A DNA stretch of 64,000 nucleotides from the human T2T-CHM13v2.0 reference genome, Homo sapiens (GCF_009914755.1 NC_060942.1); one strand, 5' to 3'; positions 1 through 18,752 are shown, counted from the stretch's first letter. Made by a program: numbers and translations. The notes: generated by a model not told the origin, from the sequence alone.

Positions 1-1410
1 AAGTAACAAGATTCAAGTCACACTAAAAGGTCTCCCATCAAAGAACAGCCCAAGCCCTAGGCACGGTGGCTCACGTGTATACTCCTAGTACTTTGGGAAG
101 CTAAGGCAGATGGACTGCTTGAAGCCAGGTATTTGAGACCAGCCTGGGAAACACAGCAAGACCTCATCTCCACAAAAGTTTTAAAATTGTTTTAAAGGTG
201 TAGTGGCACACCCCTGTACTCCAAGCTACTCCAGAAGCTGAGGCAGGAGGACAGCTTGAGTCCAGGAGTTTGAGGTTGTAGTGAGCTATGATCATATCAC
301 TGCACTCTAGCCTGGGCAACAGAGTGACATCTTGTCTAAAAAACTAAAATAAAAGCCCAGCACCTGACGGCTTTACTTAAAGAATTAATGCAAAGTCTAC
401 TCAAACTCTTTTAAAAAATATGAAAAGGAGAGAATACTTCCAAACTCATTGGACAAGCCAGCATCACCTTGATACCAAAACCAGAAATGGACACAACAAC
501 AACAACAACAACAAAACCACAGGCTAATGTCACTGATTAACATAGATGCAAAGCTCCTCAACAATATACTAGCAAACTGAATTCCACAGCACATTAAAAA
601 GATCATTCACCATGATCAAGTGGGATTTAATCCCAAGGATGCAAAAAATGATTCAACATATGCAACAAATGTGATACATCACATAAAACCAATAAGAAAG
701 GTTATATGGTCATTTCAATAGATGCTGGAAAGACATTTGGTGAAATTCAAAATTCTTTTATGATAAAAACCCTCAACAAATTGGATATAGAAGAAACATA
801 CCTCAACATAATAAATGCCATATATGACAAACCCAAAGCTAATATCATATGAATGGGAGAAAATTGAAAGTCTTTGGTTTAAGATCTGGAACAAGACAAG
901 GATGATCACTTTCACCATTTATTCAACATAATACTGGAAGTCCTGGCCAGAGCAATTAGTCAAGAGAAAGAAATAAAAGGCATCCAAATTGGAAAGGAAG
1001 AAGTCAAAGTAGCTCGTTTGCAGACAATATAATCTTATACTTAGAAAACTCCTAAGATTTCACCAAAAAACAGTTAGAACTGATACATTCAGTGAAGTTG
1101 CAGGATACAAAATCAACATACAAAAATTAGTAGCATTTCTATACATTAATAATGAACTAGCTAATCAAGAACACAATCCCATTTATAATAGCTACAAAGA
1201 ATACAATTACTTAAGAATCCATTTAATCAAAGAAATGAAAGATCTATACAAGAAAAACTATAAAACCCTGATGAAAAAATAGAAGAGGACACAAAAAAAT
1301 GGAAAGGTATTCTATTCTCCTGAATTGGAAGAATATTGTTAAAATGACAATACTACCCGAAGCAATTTACAGATTCAATGCAATCCCTATAAAAAGACCA
1401 ATGACAGAAA
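1..1410 (+). mobile_element. Old LINE-1 (L1PB/L1MA-like) ORF2 fragment, interrupted by an Alu
   Basis: Degenerate ORF2 RT region; ORF at 1299 reads [21 protein letters not shown]. Confidence 0.9.
55..353 (+). mobile_element. AluJ-type SINE
   Basis: Diverged dimeric Alu with 'gtgagctatgatc'; flanks aacagccca/aaaagccca resemble a TSD. Confidence 0.88.
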
Positions 1411-1420
1411 CAATCAGTCT

Positions 1421-2944
1421 TGGCTGGCAAGATGGCCAAATAGGAACAGCTCCGGTCTGCAGCTCCCAGCGAGATCGACGCAGAAGGTGGGTGATTTCTG
1501 CATTTCCAACTGAGGTACCTGGTTCATCTCACTGGGACTGGTTGGACAGTGGGTGCAGCCCACGGAGGGCAAGCCGAAGCAGGGTGGGGCATTGTCTCAC
1601 CTGGGAAGCACAAGGGGTCAGGGAGTTCCTGCCCCTAGCCAAGGGAAGTCATGAGGGACTATGACGTGAGGAACAGTGCACTCCAGCCCAGATACTGCAC
1701 TTTTCCCATGATCTTCACAACGCGCAGACCAGGAGATCCCCTCCAATACTTAACGCCACCAGGGAGGGCCCTGGGTTTCAAGCACAAAACTGGGCAGCCA
1801 TTTGGGCAGACATCGAGCTAGCTGCAGGAGTTTTTTTTTTTTTTTTTTTTTTCCTTCATGCCCCAGTGGTGCCTGGAATGTCAGCGAGACAGAACCGTTC
1901 TTTCCCCTGAAAAGGGGGCTGAAGCCAGGGAGCCAAGTGGTCTGGCTCAGCGAGTCCCTTCTCCATGGAGCCCATCAAGCTAAGATCTACAGGCTTGAAA
2001 TTCTCGCTGCCAGCACAGCAGTCTGAGGTTGACCTGGGATGCTCAAGCGTGGTGGGGGGAGGGGCATCCACCATTGCTGAGGCTTGAGTAGGCGGTTTTA
2101 CCCTCACAGTGTAAAAGCCGCCAGGAAGTTCAAACTGGGCAGAGCCCACCACAGCTCAGCAATGCCGCTGTGGCCAGACTCCCTCTCTAGATTCCTCCTC
2201 TCTTGGCAGGGCATCTCTGAAAAAAAGGCAGCAGCTCAGTTAGGGGCTTATAGATAAAACCCCCATCTCCCTGGGAGAAGGGGCAGCTGTGGGCGCAGCT
2301 TCAGCTGACTTAAACATCCCTGCCTGATGGCTCAGAAGAGAGCAGCAGATCTACCAGCACAGCGTTCAAACTCTGCTAAGGGTCAAGCTGCCTCCTCAGT
2401 GGGTCCCTGACCCCTGTGTATCCTGACTGGGAGACACCTCCCAGTACGGGCCGAGAGACACCTCATACAGGAGAGCTCTCACTGGCATCTGGCGGGTGCC
2501 CCTCTGGGACGAAGCTTCCAGAGGAAGAAACAGGCAGCAATCTTTGCCGTTCTGCAGCCTCCGCTGGTGTTACCCAGGCAAACAGGGTGTGAAGTGGACC
2601 TCCAGCAAACTCCAGCATACCTGCAGCAGAGGGGCCTAACTGTTAGACGGAAAACTAACAAACAGAAAGGAATAACATCAACATCAATAAAAAGGACGTC
2701 CACTCAGAGACCCCATCCGAAGGTCACCAACATCAAAGGCCAAAGGTAGATAAATTCACAAAGATGGGGAGAAACCAGCACAAAAAGGCTGAAAATTCCA
2801 AAAACCAGAACACCTCTTCTCCTCCAAAGGATCACAACTCCTCGCCAGCAAGAGAACAAAACTGGACGGATGATGAGTTTGACGAATTGACAGAAGTAGG
2901 CTTCAGACGGTGGGTAATAACAAACTCCTCTGAGCTAAAGGAGC
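1421..2944 (+). mobile_element. L1PA (about PA7/PA8) 5'UTR plus start of ORF1, 3'-truncated
   Basis: Starts 'caagatggccaaataggaacagctccggtctgcagctcccagc'; ORF1 N-terminus MGRNQHKKAENSKNQN at 2764. Confidence 0.92.
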
Positions 2945-2982
2945 CTACATCTACTGATATGATCGTATGATTTTTCTTCTTT

Positions 2983-3430
2983 AATCCTGATAAAGGACTG
3001 TTATTCAAAATACACAAGGACTCTCAAAACTCAACAATAAGAACACAAACAGCCCAATTAAAAAGTGAGCTGAATACCTTAACAGACACCTTACAAGACA
3101 AGATATTCAGATTGCAAATAAGCATATGAAAAAATCCTCCACATCATACGTTACCAAGGAAATTCAAGTTAAAACAATGAGGTACTACTATAAACCTATT
3201 AGAATGACCAAAATCCAGAACACTGACTTCTCCACATGCTGGCTAAGATGTGGAGCAACAGGAACTCTATTCGCTGCTATTGGGAATGAAAAATGATACA
3301 GCCACTTTGGAAAATAGTTGGGAAGTTTCTTACAAAACTAAATATACTCTTACTATATGATCCAGCAGTCATGCTCCTTGTTATTTACCCAAAGCAGTTT
3401 AAAACTTAATGTCCTTACAAAAATCTGCAT
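2983..3430 (+). mobile_element. Old L1M fragment, ORF2 3' end
   Basis: Degenerate L1 ORF2 C-terminal sequence (tacagccactttggaaaatagttggg). Confidence 0.8.
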
Positions 3431-4414
3431 GGACCTATTTTCCTCCATTATCACTGGTTTTATTTTCCTCCATTATATCACACAGCCCTACAGATGTCTT
3501 CTTCAGGAAGGAGCAGGTTGGCTAACAAAAATCTTCACCTGTTATCACTCTGTGGATGTTTATCTTTTAATAGGGCAATATTCAAAAGACTAAATCACTA
3601 ATGTTGAACTTTTAGGTACCAAAATCAGCTGTTGGGAGTTATTTGGCAGAGGGAAACCTGCTTAGCATCTAAATAGCACTGGCAGTTGACCACCTACCTC
3701 ACGTATTTATTACATCAGCCCAGTCAAGATCTACTGCTATACATGGGAACTACCATGCTATGGTTTGAGTGACTGGGCTTTGGACACTCAAAATTTCTAG
3801 CCTGGAAGATATCCCTTAGTTCTCATTCTACTAACAAGAGTCCTACAGAGAGCATTTTGAGACATTTATTGTGAAACCATATATTCTTATATGTCAGTCA
3901 ACTGCTGTTATTTCTAACACGCAGCTTTTCCTCCAGTTCAAATTACAGTTCATATATGAGCATGGTGTTCTTTGATCTTAAAATGTTTCACTGCTTGTTA
4001 ATGACTACATAGATGATGTTCCCTTTGGAAAGAATAACAATAAGGTAAGCAAGATTACCTAGTGAACAGAAAATTGGAATTCAGGGACCCTGCCTAAAAG
4101 CACTTGGGATCCAACTATGTAGAAAATCAGCCACCAGCCATCCTGGAGAAGATGTAATAAAGATAACAAAAAGAAAAATATTGCCTTATATTTTCATAGA
4201 ACTATATCAGACACCTCATATGTACACTCCTAAACCTCAGCTGTGTGTGGTACCTGAACTATTTGTTCTGCCTCAGCTTTGGAGGAAACTAGGCAGGTTC
4301 TACTCAGAGGCACCCCTTTGGGTTTCAGACTCATCATCTCTCCAATACGGACATTCTTTTCAGAAGCAGCGATTAGCATACCACTGGGCTCTTGTCAAAA
4401 CTAAACAGCTGATT

Positions 4415-5748
4415 GAGGGGCTTCAAGATAGTTGACTGGAGGCATCTGGTACTCATCTCCTATACAAAAAAAGAGCCAAAATAGGGGGTAGATAATCACA
4501 CTTTGAATGGATCACCTAAGAGAGAACACTGGAATTCAACAGAGAAGTGACAGGAAACATCTAAAGCGAGGAAGAAAAGGGAAGTGAGGCAGCCTGCTCA
4601 GTAGGTTGGGAGCCAGGAGAGGCCCCAGTGTGAAGAAAGAGTAAATGAATGACCCCAAGCAGTGCACATACTCACCGCTAATTCTTTCATCCTAGCCAAG
4701 AAAAACCCTAGACTCTTGCAAGCACCACAAATAACAGAATGTCCTGGAGACCACATGAAGGCATAGCTCCAGAGAGGGGGCTCATGCTGGGTCCTACACA
4801 GCTCCTGAGCTCTAGACAGGTACAGCAAGGTGTCCCAATGAAAACCCAGGCTCCCTGAGACTGCATCCTGCCCAGGGAACCAACAGTCCTTGCATCTCCA
4901 CATCTCTGGAGCCCCAGTGAGATGCCCCTCCTGTAGCCACGCCCCAATGAGATGCCCCTGCTGTAGCCACCACCATGTCTGGCTTCTGCTTCAAGGGCTG
5001 AAACACAAGCCACTGGCAAACACCTCACTGGCCCCAACAGTGAAGCCATAGTGTATTTTCACACACCCCCAGGAGAAACTCCCCATAAACAGCTGCTGCC
5101 ACTGTGGGCTGCCACAGCCTGGGGCTGAAGACCAAGTGAAGTACATGCTCCCCAGCACCCTGCACATATCTGCTACCATTAAAAGCAACCCCGCCCTCTC
5201 CAATAGCAGGGCTGCAGTGCAGCAACTGCTGCCTTCACCCAAGCATTCTGCCTTGGGCCTGGGGTTACCCTGCCACTGCCTAACACAGCCAATGCCTGCA
5301 AGCACCACCAGGGTCCCTGAGGACAGATACACCTGACCCAGATCTACCCCACCAGTCCTCAAGTTTTCCATCCAGGGGCCTGGAAACCACCCAGCCCAGT
5401 CCACCACTATTGGTACCTGAACACTCTACCCAGGGTCCTGAGATGAAGCACATCCAAATGCCACTACCCCCACAGCAGACACCCGCTCACATGTTCCACT
5501 TGCAATTAGAAGAAAGAAGTTCTCATGTCTGAGAGCAGAGTAGGGTGACTATAGTGAACAACAATGTATTATATATTTCAAAATTGCTAGAAGATAAGAC
5601 TTGAAATGCCCCCAACAATAGCAATGATAAATATTCAAGATGATGGACACCTTAAATACCCTGAATTGACCATTACACAATTTGTACATGTAACAAACTA
5701 TCACATGTACCCATAAATATGTATAAATATTTGTACCAATGTGGAAAA
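4415..5748 (+). mobile_element. L1MA-like element with 5'UTR joined directly to 3'UTR (internal deletion)
   Basis: L1 5' end 'caagatagttgactggaggcatctgg'; L1MA 3'UTR from about 5505 to A-tail; TSD 4397-4412 / 5749-5764. Confidence 0.8.
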
Positions 5749-6318
5749 AAAACTGAATGGCTGACCCATACGGCCTTGTAACTCTCCGGCCTGATGTCCC
5801 TATTTTGGGATGGGTCGATGAGGACTTGAGAACTAATATGTTGGGAAGGGCCCAAAAGGCATCACCAGCCAAGTGGAATGGTACACTCAAGAGCACAGCC
5901 TGCCTGACCCTGGCAATATCTCAGCTTTATGCAAAAATGTGGCTGCCACCCCTTTGGGGAGACTCTGTTCCCCACTCTGCCACCTGAAGCAAAGTTGCTG
6001 GCTCAGTGAGGACCCTCACCTGTCAGAGGTTCCCCTTTATGCCCACGACTAATTTACTGATTATTCAGCTAAGCTGATTGCTAATGTTGCCACTGGGCAG
6101 AAACAGCTTTCTGATCCTAGGAACAACGCTGAAAGAATGTCTATAGCAAGAGCCAATCAGTACCATGGTCTGCATTGAAAGCCATAACCCTTACCTTAGA
6201 CAACACTCCTTCAGACCAGGTATTTTATATTTTTACTGACTTGGATTTTTGCCAATGGCCTTGCAACCAGATTTGGCACTTGGAAGAAAGATCACAGATT
6301 AGTTAAAGAAAATACTCT

Positions 6319-6741
6319 TTGGGCTGCGAACTGTGGGAACAAGTTGTAACTGTCAGTCTGATAGTCTGGGTCAATTATGTGTTTCCCCATGATAAGGACC
6401 TATCCTCCGATGAGACTGACTGGAACCAAACCTGTACCACTCAGATGGACACCACTGCCACTTGGATCCATCATTGCACGGGACATGACAAGGCATCTAC
6501 TATTATAAACTGGGCACAAAATAAAGCTTCTGATACAGAAGCCATGATTGCATATCAAGCTTTTGACTCATGCCAAAAACTAGCCCATTTGTCTCATGAT
6601 GAAGAAGCCCGCAATGTAAGAGGTATTGCCCCCATTCGCACCTGGCACATTGACCATTTCAGATGTTTGAGCTCCTCTTGGGCTACTGGTGGAGTCTCAG
6701 TGATGTTGACACTTACTCAGCGTACAGTGTTACTATTTTAG
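6319..6741 (+). pseudogene. ERVL pol remnant: RNase H end plus integrase zinc-finger and core start
   Basis: WIHHCTGH...DSCQK (decayed HHCC) followed by TWHIDHF (WQID-like motif). Confidence 0.75.
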
Positions 6742-9700
6742 TTCAATAAGCTGAACCTAGCCGCACACTGTGGCTCTTGTAACTCAGCTGTGTCAGGTTT
6801 CTGGCTTTCTGGACTGTTTATAGTCTAAATATAGTTCACCTTTGTCACAAAGACATTCAACAATGGGCCGATAGTCAAGGTATTCAATGCACATTTCACA
6901 CCCCTTTTCATCATTTAGAGGTGGAATGCACTTATTTAAAAAATCAACTCAAAATGATTTTTTACTCTCTTTCTTTCGCTTCCTCCTTTGGTCACTGAAA
7001 GCAGTCATCCCTCAAAGGGGCTTATCTCCTTTCACCTACCTCCTTATTAATGATCAAGAATAAAAGGAATGGGTGTGTTATATAAGCATATTTTGAAATT
7101 TGGAATTTCTCTTGACCATTCTGGCGCATAATGTTTCCTTCTTTCCCCTAACAATAACCTAGGCCAGCCTGTGTAATATACACTGTGCATGGCAGCCTGG
7201 CTGAAAGGGATCCTAAAGAATTCAAACTTAATTCAGGTTAAGCCTCCTAGATTCCCTTACTGGGCTGATATAGTTCTAGATCAAAAAGATTTAGGTTGGA
7301 TGTGAGATGACTTCTTGAATTAGTACACTACTCACCAAGTCCCTCTCCAGTGGTCCATGAGGACCAAGGGAAGAGGATAAAATAAGTCCTTTATAAATTT
7401 TACAAAAATACCATGTCCCTCTTGTACCTGGCCACTCCAGACACATGACCTACTTGTAAGTAGGAGATGATTGTGGAAAAGGTGAAGTTAGCACTACTAG
7501 AATGGGATGCACGGATTATGTCATGGTGAGAGGAGAGTAAAACCCCTGGAGGGAATACTTTAGATCCCAGGAGTTATGGAAGGAGGAGGATAATTATTTT
7601 CAGTCTTTCAGAGCCATCCCTGGGGACTTCTTCACCAGATATAGCAGGAAGCTGACCTGCATAGTGGTCTCCTCCCAAGATTTAAGATGATTAGTGGGGC
7701 ACACTCCATGTGACTTCAACTCATCAGAAGCACACTACCATCACCACCACTCAACCTGAGGAAGAGATAAGGAAAATCAGAACATGCACTTGTCTGTTTG
7801 GCTCTTTGTGGCAAACTAACCCTACTGGTTTGCACATGGAAGAGGCCAAAAAGGTGGCACTCTCCTGCCAAAAGAAGGAGGGAAGACTGTGGGAAAAGGG
7901 TGCACTCTTTCATCCCAGAAATACTGAGAGGCAGATGTCTTAGAAAGATGTCTTATAGGAAGAGAGGCAGACTCTTTCTATAAAAGAGGTCCCCTTTTAT
8001 AGAAACATAAGGAGGGCAGATAGTTTACATCCCTTGCCCACCTCCCATTGCCCTTACAGAGTACTATTAAAGAGATTTTATTTTCTAAGAGCTTAGAAAG
8101 GAGGTCAGAACAAGAGTATATCAACAGAGAGCTATGATGTTAAAATATATTCTTCATATTAAACATTACATTCATGTCAAGGGGTGAGAACGTTCAGTGA
8201 CAAGTGCATGAAAACTGTACTTATGGTCAATGAAGATACTTCTTTAGGAGAAGCCAGGCGACGATTCTGGTTGGGAAGCAATAGATAAGGAACAGTTCAA
8301 AATGACCAGTGAAAATCTTTAGGCATTAAGGATCCAGTCACTGATCTAAAGTAAGGCTTCTCTAAGGCTTAAGGATTAGAGTATCTTTAGGAAAAGCAAC
8401 TTATGTAAAAGATGTCTCAAAGAACAGAATAATGGTCCATAAATATTAGAAGATAGAAGTCCTAAAACAACTAAGAGTACCATAATAAAAAGAAAATAGG
8501 CTTTGCTAAAAATGAATTCAATCCCAGATCTCATAATCTAATTAAAATACATAGAGTGGCTGGATAGATTTTTTAAAAACCAACTATATGTGGCCTACAA
8601 GAGACTCATCTCACTTGTAAGGACACACATAGACTGAAAGCAAAGAGATGGAAAAAGATAGTCCAAGCAAGTGCAAACCAAAAGAGCAGGAGTAGCTAAA
8701 CTTATATCAGATAAAACAGACTTTAAGTCAAATGGTAAAATGAGATAAAGAATGTCATTATATAATGATAAAGGGGTCAATTCGTCAAGAGCTATAACAA
8801 TTATAAATATATATATATATACATATATGTATTCAACATCAGTATACCTAAGTATATAAGGCAAATATTAATAGATCTAAAGGGAGGAATAAATTACGAG
8901 AAAATAATAGCAGAAGACTGCAAAACCCCACTTTCAGCAACGAACAGATCAAGATAGAAAATCAATAAGGAAACACTGAATTTAAACTACATATTAGACC
9001 AAATGGACCTAACAGACATATAAAATATTCCATCCAAAAGCAGCAGCATACACACTCTTCTCAAGTGCACACAGAACATTCTCCATAACAAATCATATTT
9101 TAGGCCACAAATCAAGTCTTAACAACTTTAAGAAGATTGAAATCATATTGAGTGTCTTTTCTAACCATAATGGTATAAAACTAGAAATCAATAACAGAAG
9201 AAATTTCAGAAAATTCACAAATACATGGAAATTAAACATGTTCCTGAGCATTCAATGGATTAAAGAAGAAATTAAAAGGGAAATTTAAAAAATATCTTGA
9301 GACAAATAAAAATGAAACACAACATACTAAAACAAGGGATGCACCTAACGTGTTCTAGGAGGAAAAACACCTAGACCATAAAAGAAGAAAAATCTCAAAT
9401 GAACAACCTACCATTACACCTCAAGGAACTAGGCAAAGAAGAACACACTAAGCGCAAAGTTAAGAAATAAATGTTAGAGTAGAAATAAATGAAAGACTAG
9501 GAAAACAATACAAAAGATTAGTAAGAGTTGATTTTGAAGAGACAAAATTGACACCCCTTTAATTAGACTAAGAAAAAAGATTCAAATAAAATAAAAAATG
9601 AAATAGGAGATATTACAAATTGTGTAACAGAAATACAAAGGATCAAAACAGACTACTGCGAACAATTATACACCAAGAAATTGGATAACCTAGAAAAGAA

Positions 9701-9875
9701 TGAATACATTCCTAGACATATACATTTCTTAAGACTAAATCATGAAAAAATAGAAAATCTGAACAGCCCAATAATGAGCAAACATATTGAATCAATAATA
9801 AAAATTCTCATATCAAAGAGAAGCCCAGAATCTGATGACCACTGCTTAATTCTACCAAGCATTTAAAGAAAAACT

Positions 9876-10235
9876 GGCCGTATACAATGGCTTGTGACTC
9901 ATGCCTTTAATCCCAGCACTTTGGGAGGCAGAGATGGGAGCATCACTTGAGGCCAGACGTTTGAGACCAGCCTGGCAACATAGCAATTTTTAGCAAAGCC
10001 TGTTTTTTTTTTTTTTTTGCGTGTCTAAAAAAAAAAAACATTTTATTAAAATTCACTGAGCATGCTGGCATACACCTATAGTTCTAGCTATTCAGAAGGC
10101 TGAGGCAGAAGGATCATTTGAGCCCACGAGTTTGAGGCTGCAGTAAGCTATAATCATGCCACTGCACTCCAGCCTGGGAAACAAAGCAAGATCCTATATT
10201 TAAAAATTAATAATAATAAAATAAAATGAAAATAA
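9876..10235 (+). mobile_element. AluJ-type SINE with altered mid-linker
   Basis: Dimeric Alu; linker contains T-run and A-run insertion; AT-rich tail. Confidence 0.88.
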
Positions 10236-10916
10236 AAAGTTAAGAAGAACTAATACCAATCCATCTCACGTCCTTCCAAAAAATTTAAGAAGAAAGAATA
10301 CTTCCAAAGTCATTTTATAAGGCTAACATCAACCAGATACCAAAGCTAGACGAGGATCGACAAGAAAAGAAAATTATAGGCTAACATCCCTCATGAACAT
10401 AAAAGCAAAAATTATCAACAAAATACTAGAAAACTGAATTCAATAGCATATTAAAATAATCATTCATCATGATCAAGCAGAATTTATTCCAGGGATGAAA
10501 GGATGGCTCAACATATGCAAATCTATAAATAAAATATACCACATTAACAGAATGAAAGACAAAAACCACATGATCATCTCAATATATGCAGAAACAGCAT
10601 TTGATAAAATTCAACATCCTTTCATGATAAATTCTTAATAATTTAGGTATAGAAGGAATATACCTCAACACAATAAATGTCATATGTGACAAATCCACAG
10701 CTAAAATCATACTCGATGGTAAACATTGAAAGATTTTCCTCCAAGATCAGGAACAAGACAATGATGCCAGCTCTCACCACTCCTATTTTATAGTACTGGA
10801 AGTTCTAGCTAGAGGAATTAGGCAAGAGAAACAAATAAAAGGCATCAAGATTGGGAAGGAAGAAGTTAAATTGTCCCTCTTTGCAAATGAAATGATCTTA
10901 TATACAGAAAACCCTA

Positions 10917-11229
<313 letters not shown>

Positions 11230-13783
11230 TTCTACCAAAAATCTCTTAGAACTAATAAATACAGAAAAGTTTTGGAATATAAAATCAACATACAAAAATC
11301 AATAGCACTTTTATACACTAATTACAAGCTGTGCAAAAAGACACCACAAAAACAGCCCCATTTACAATAGCTAGAAAAAACAAATAAAATGTTTGGGAAC
11401 AAATTTAACTTATGAAGTAAAACAGCTGTACAGTAAAAACTACAAAATATAGATGAAAGAAACTGGAGAAGACACAAACAAATGGAAAGATATCCCATGC
11501 TCATGAATTAGAAGATTCAATATTGTAAAATGTCCATACTACCCAAAGCAATCTACAGATTCAATGCAATTCCTATTCAAAATTCCATGGGCATTTTTCA
11601 CAGAATTAGAAAAAATTCTAAAATTTATATGGAACCACAAAAGATCTGAATAGTCAAGGCAATCTTGAGCAAAAAGAACAAAGCTAGAAGCATCACACTA
11701 CCTGACTTTGAAATATACTGCAAAGTTATCACAATCAAAAAAGCATGATACTAGAATAAAAACACACACATAGACCAATGGAACAGATTAGAGAGCTCAG
11801 AAATAAAGCCACACATTTATGGTCAATTGATTTTTAGTGATGATGCAAAGAATACACAATAGGGAAAGGAGGGTCTCTTCAATAAATGGTGTTGAGAGAA
11901 CTGATATTCACATGCAGAAGAATGAAATTGAACCCTTGTCTCACACTAGATACAAAAAACTTGAAATGGATTAAAGACTTAAATGTGAAGCTGTAAAACT
12001 ACTAGGAGAAAATGTAAGGGAAAAATTCCATGACATTAGTCTTGGCAATGATTTTTTTTTCTATAAACCCAAAAGCACAGGCAATGAAATCAAAAATAGA
12101 CAAATGGGGTTACTCCAAACTACATAGCTTCTGCACAACAAAGAAATAATCAACAGAGAAAGGAGACAACCTATAAAATTGAAGAAAATATTCGCAAACT
12201 GTACATCTAATAAGGGGTTAGTATCCAAAATATATAAGGAACTCAAACAACTCATTAGCCAGAAAACAAATTACCTGGTTTTTAAAAGGGCAAAGGACTT
12301 GAATAGACATTTATTAAAAGAAGACATTCAAATAACCAAGTATATGAAAAAACACTCAACATCACTAATCCTCAGGGAAATGCAAATTAAAACTACAATG
12401 AGATACCACTTCACACCTGTTAGAACGGCTATTACCAAAAAGACAAAAGATAAAAACTCTTAATGAGGATATGGAAAAAGGAGAACCCTTCCACAACATT
12501 AGTGGGAATGTAAAATGAAAAACAATATGTGACCCCTCAAAAAATTAAAAATAGAATTACCATATAATCCAAAAGTCCTATTACTGGATATATAGCCAAA
12601 GGAAATGAAATCAATATGTGGAAGAGATATATGCACTCTCATGATTACTGTAGAATTATTCACAATAGCCAAGATCTGGAATCAACCTAAGTGTTCATCA
12701 ACAAATGAATGGATAAAGAAAATGTGGTATATATACACAATGAAATACTATTAAGCCATGAAAAAGAAGGAAATCCTGTTACTTGCAACAACATGGATTA
12801 ATCTGGAGGACATTATGTTAAGTGAAATAAGCCAGACACAGAATGATATCACTTTCTGAAAGACAAATACTGCATGATCTCAGAGCTTGACTCCACATGG
12901 GCTCTTTAATAATGATAGCTGTTAGTGAAGAAAACAGAAAGAGCATAAGAACTATACAAGAGGATAGACATGAATATGTTAAACTCACATGAAAAATAAC
13001 TCTGCTGTTTGTTGCTTGGAATACTCATCCAGAAGATATACACAGAATAAGAACATAGATGGAATAAAATGTGGACTTTAAATTTTTGCTGTTTTCAGTT
13101 TTCCCCATTGAGAATTCCCTGCATTGGCCACCTGTCTCTTACCACTGCAAAGGACAAGAAGGTATCTCCTTCAGCTGACAAGAGAGACTCACCAAGTGAC
13201 AGAAGCTTTCCCATGGAGGAACAGTCCCATGGGATTCTCCAAGTAAGATAACAGGGAATCACTAAGAATTTCCTAACTTATGTGGGCAAATGTATTATCA
13301 AGGCTACTTTGCTTATTCTAAATCAGTTTTACTCCAGCATAGGCTATTAAAAAAAAAGACTTTTCCAAGACAACATTACACAAATACTCACAGAAAAAAT
13401 CTGAAGGATCTAAAAAACATAAAGATCCTTTTCAGAACACTAATGGGCTCCAAGACAGTCAGGCATGAGGCCTTTAAAGACCATCACTGAAATGAAATTT
13501 CACTGATGAGTACATTCCAAAAAACAGACTGAGACCTGTTTTGTTTCTTCTCTTTTTGAAATGACTTTGAAGTGAATAAACATATCAATGACCTATATAT
13601 AATTAATTGGTGTCTGGATCTTTTTTGTAAGAGACTTGGGTTGAGTATCCAAAGGCATGTGTGCTCTAAGGGCAAAAATCTCAGAACATTTTGGCTACAT
13701 TTAACAGGGGGCAATGACTGCAAGAAGGGAGAAAAGGGTCCATGTTCCAGGCTTGCTCTTAATACTATGCAAAGAGCCTGGGG

Positions 13784-18078
<4,295 letters not shown>

Positions 18079-18422
18079 AAAGAGCCTGGGGGATCTCCTC
18101 AGGATCCAAGAAAGGACACCTCTCTGTCTGAAATGCAGAATGACAGTGATAGAAAAAACTACAGAAATGGTCTTCACTGACAAGCCCAATAGAGAATTCT
18201 TATCTTCAACAATTCTGACAGGTAGAATCCAGCTTCATTTTTACTACATCTGGGAATTGGGAGCTCCTTGCCACTTAGTGCAGACCATTTCCATATTTGA
18301 ATAGTTAAATGTTCTGGAAAGCCTTTTGAAACTTGAGCCAAAGCCAGGTGCTGAGCTATAATCCTAGCTTTCCAGGCGTCAGAGGTTTCCATCTTGGGGG
18401 TGCAGAGGAACATATGATAAAA

Positions 18423-18500
18423 TTAGGATGACCACCCATTCTGGTTTGTCATGGACTGTTCTGGTTTTAGCATGAAAGTCCTGTGTCTCAGGAAGCCCTA
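18423..18500. mobile_element. hAT-Blackjack (MER94/MER81-like) fragment
   Basis: 'aggatgaccacccattctggtttgtcatggactgttctggttttagcatgaaagtcc' resembles the MER94 terminus. Confidence 0.6.
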
Positions 18501-18519
18501 TAATAAATAGGTCACAGGG

Positions 18520-18752
18520 CTAGAAATCACAGGGTTTCTAGTCACAGGACCTGAGTTACAGTCCCAGCTCTACCATTTAATCTGTTGTGTAGCTTTAGGC
18601 AAATCAATTAGTCAATCTAAGCCTCAGTTTATTCATCTATATGAGGATAATAATACCCATCTTACAGAGTTGATGTAAGGATTAAATAAGTAATATATAA
18701 GAAGATTTCAGCAGAGAGCCTTGTACACAGTGGAGACTTTTAAATGCTAGCA
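18520..18752 (+). mobile_element. MIR SINE
   Basis: Core 'cccagctctacca...aagcctcagttttattcatctata...acagagttgatgtaaggattaaat'. Confidence 0.8.

Larger units (their letters stand above)
3431..8190 (+). mobile_element. Ancient ERVL-class internal region (decayed pol: RT connection, RNase H, integrase), split by an L1
   Basis: FQKQRLAYHWALVKTKQL (4181 ORF) continues as VTLRPDVPILGWV..GRAQ..KW (5757 ORF), resembling ERVL pol; outer boundaries approximate. Confidence 0.8.

Noticed and set aside
4917-4972. 30-bp tandem duplication giving VATAGASHWG twice
   Set aside because: Local duplication within an L1 5'UTR; not an array and not coding
13098-13243. Plus-strand acceptor (ttttcag) with downstream donors
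   Set aside because: No recognisable peptide; such site pairs are common by chance
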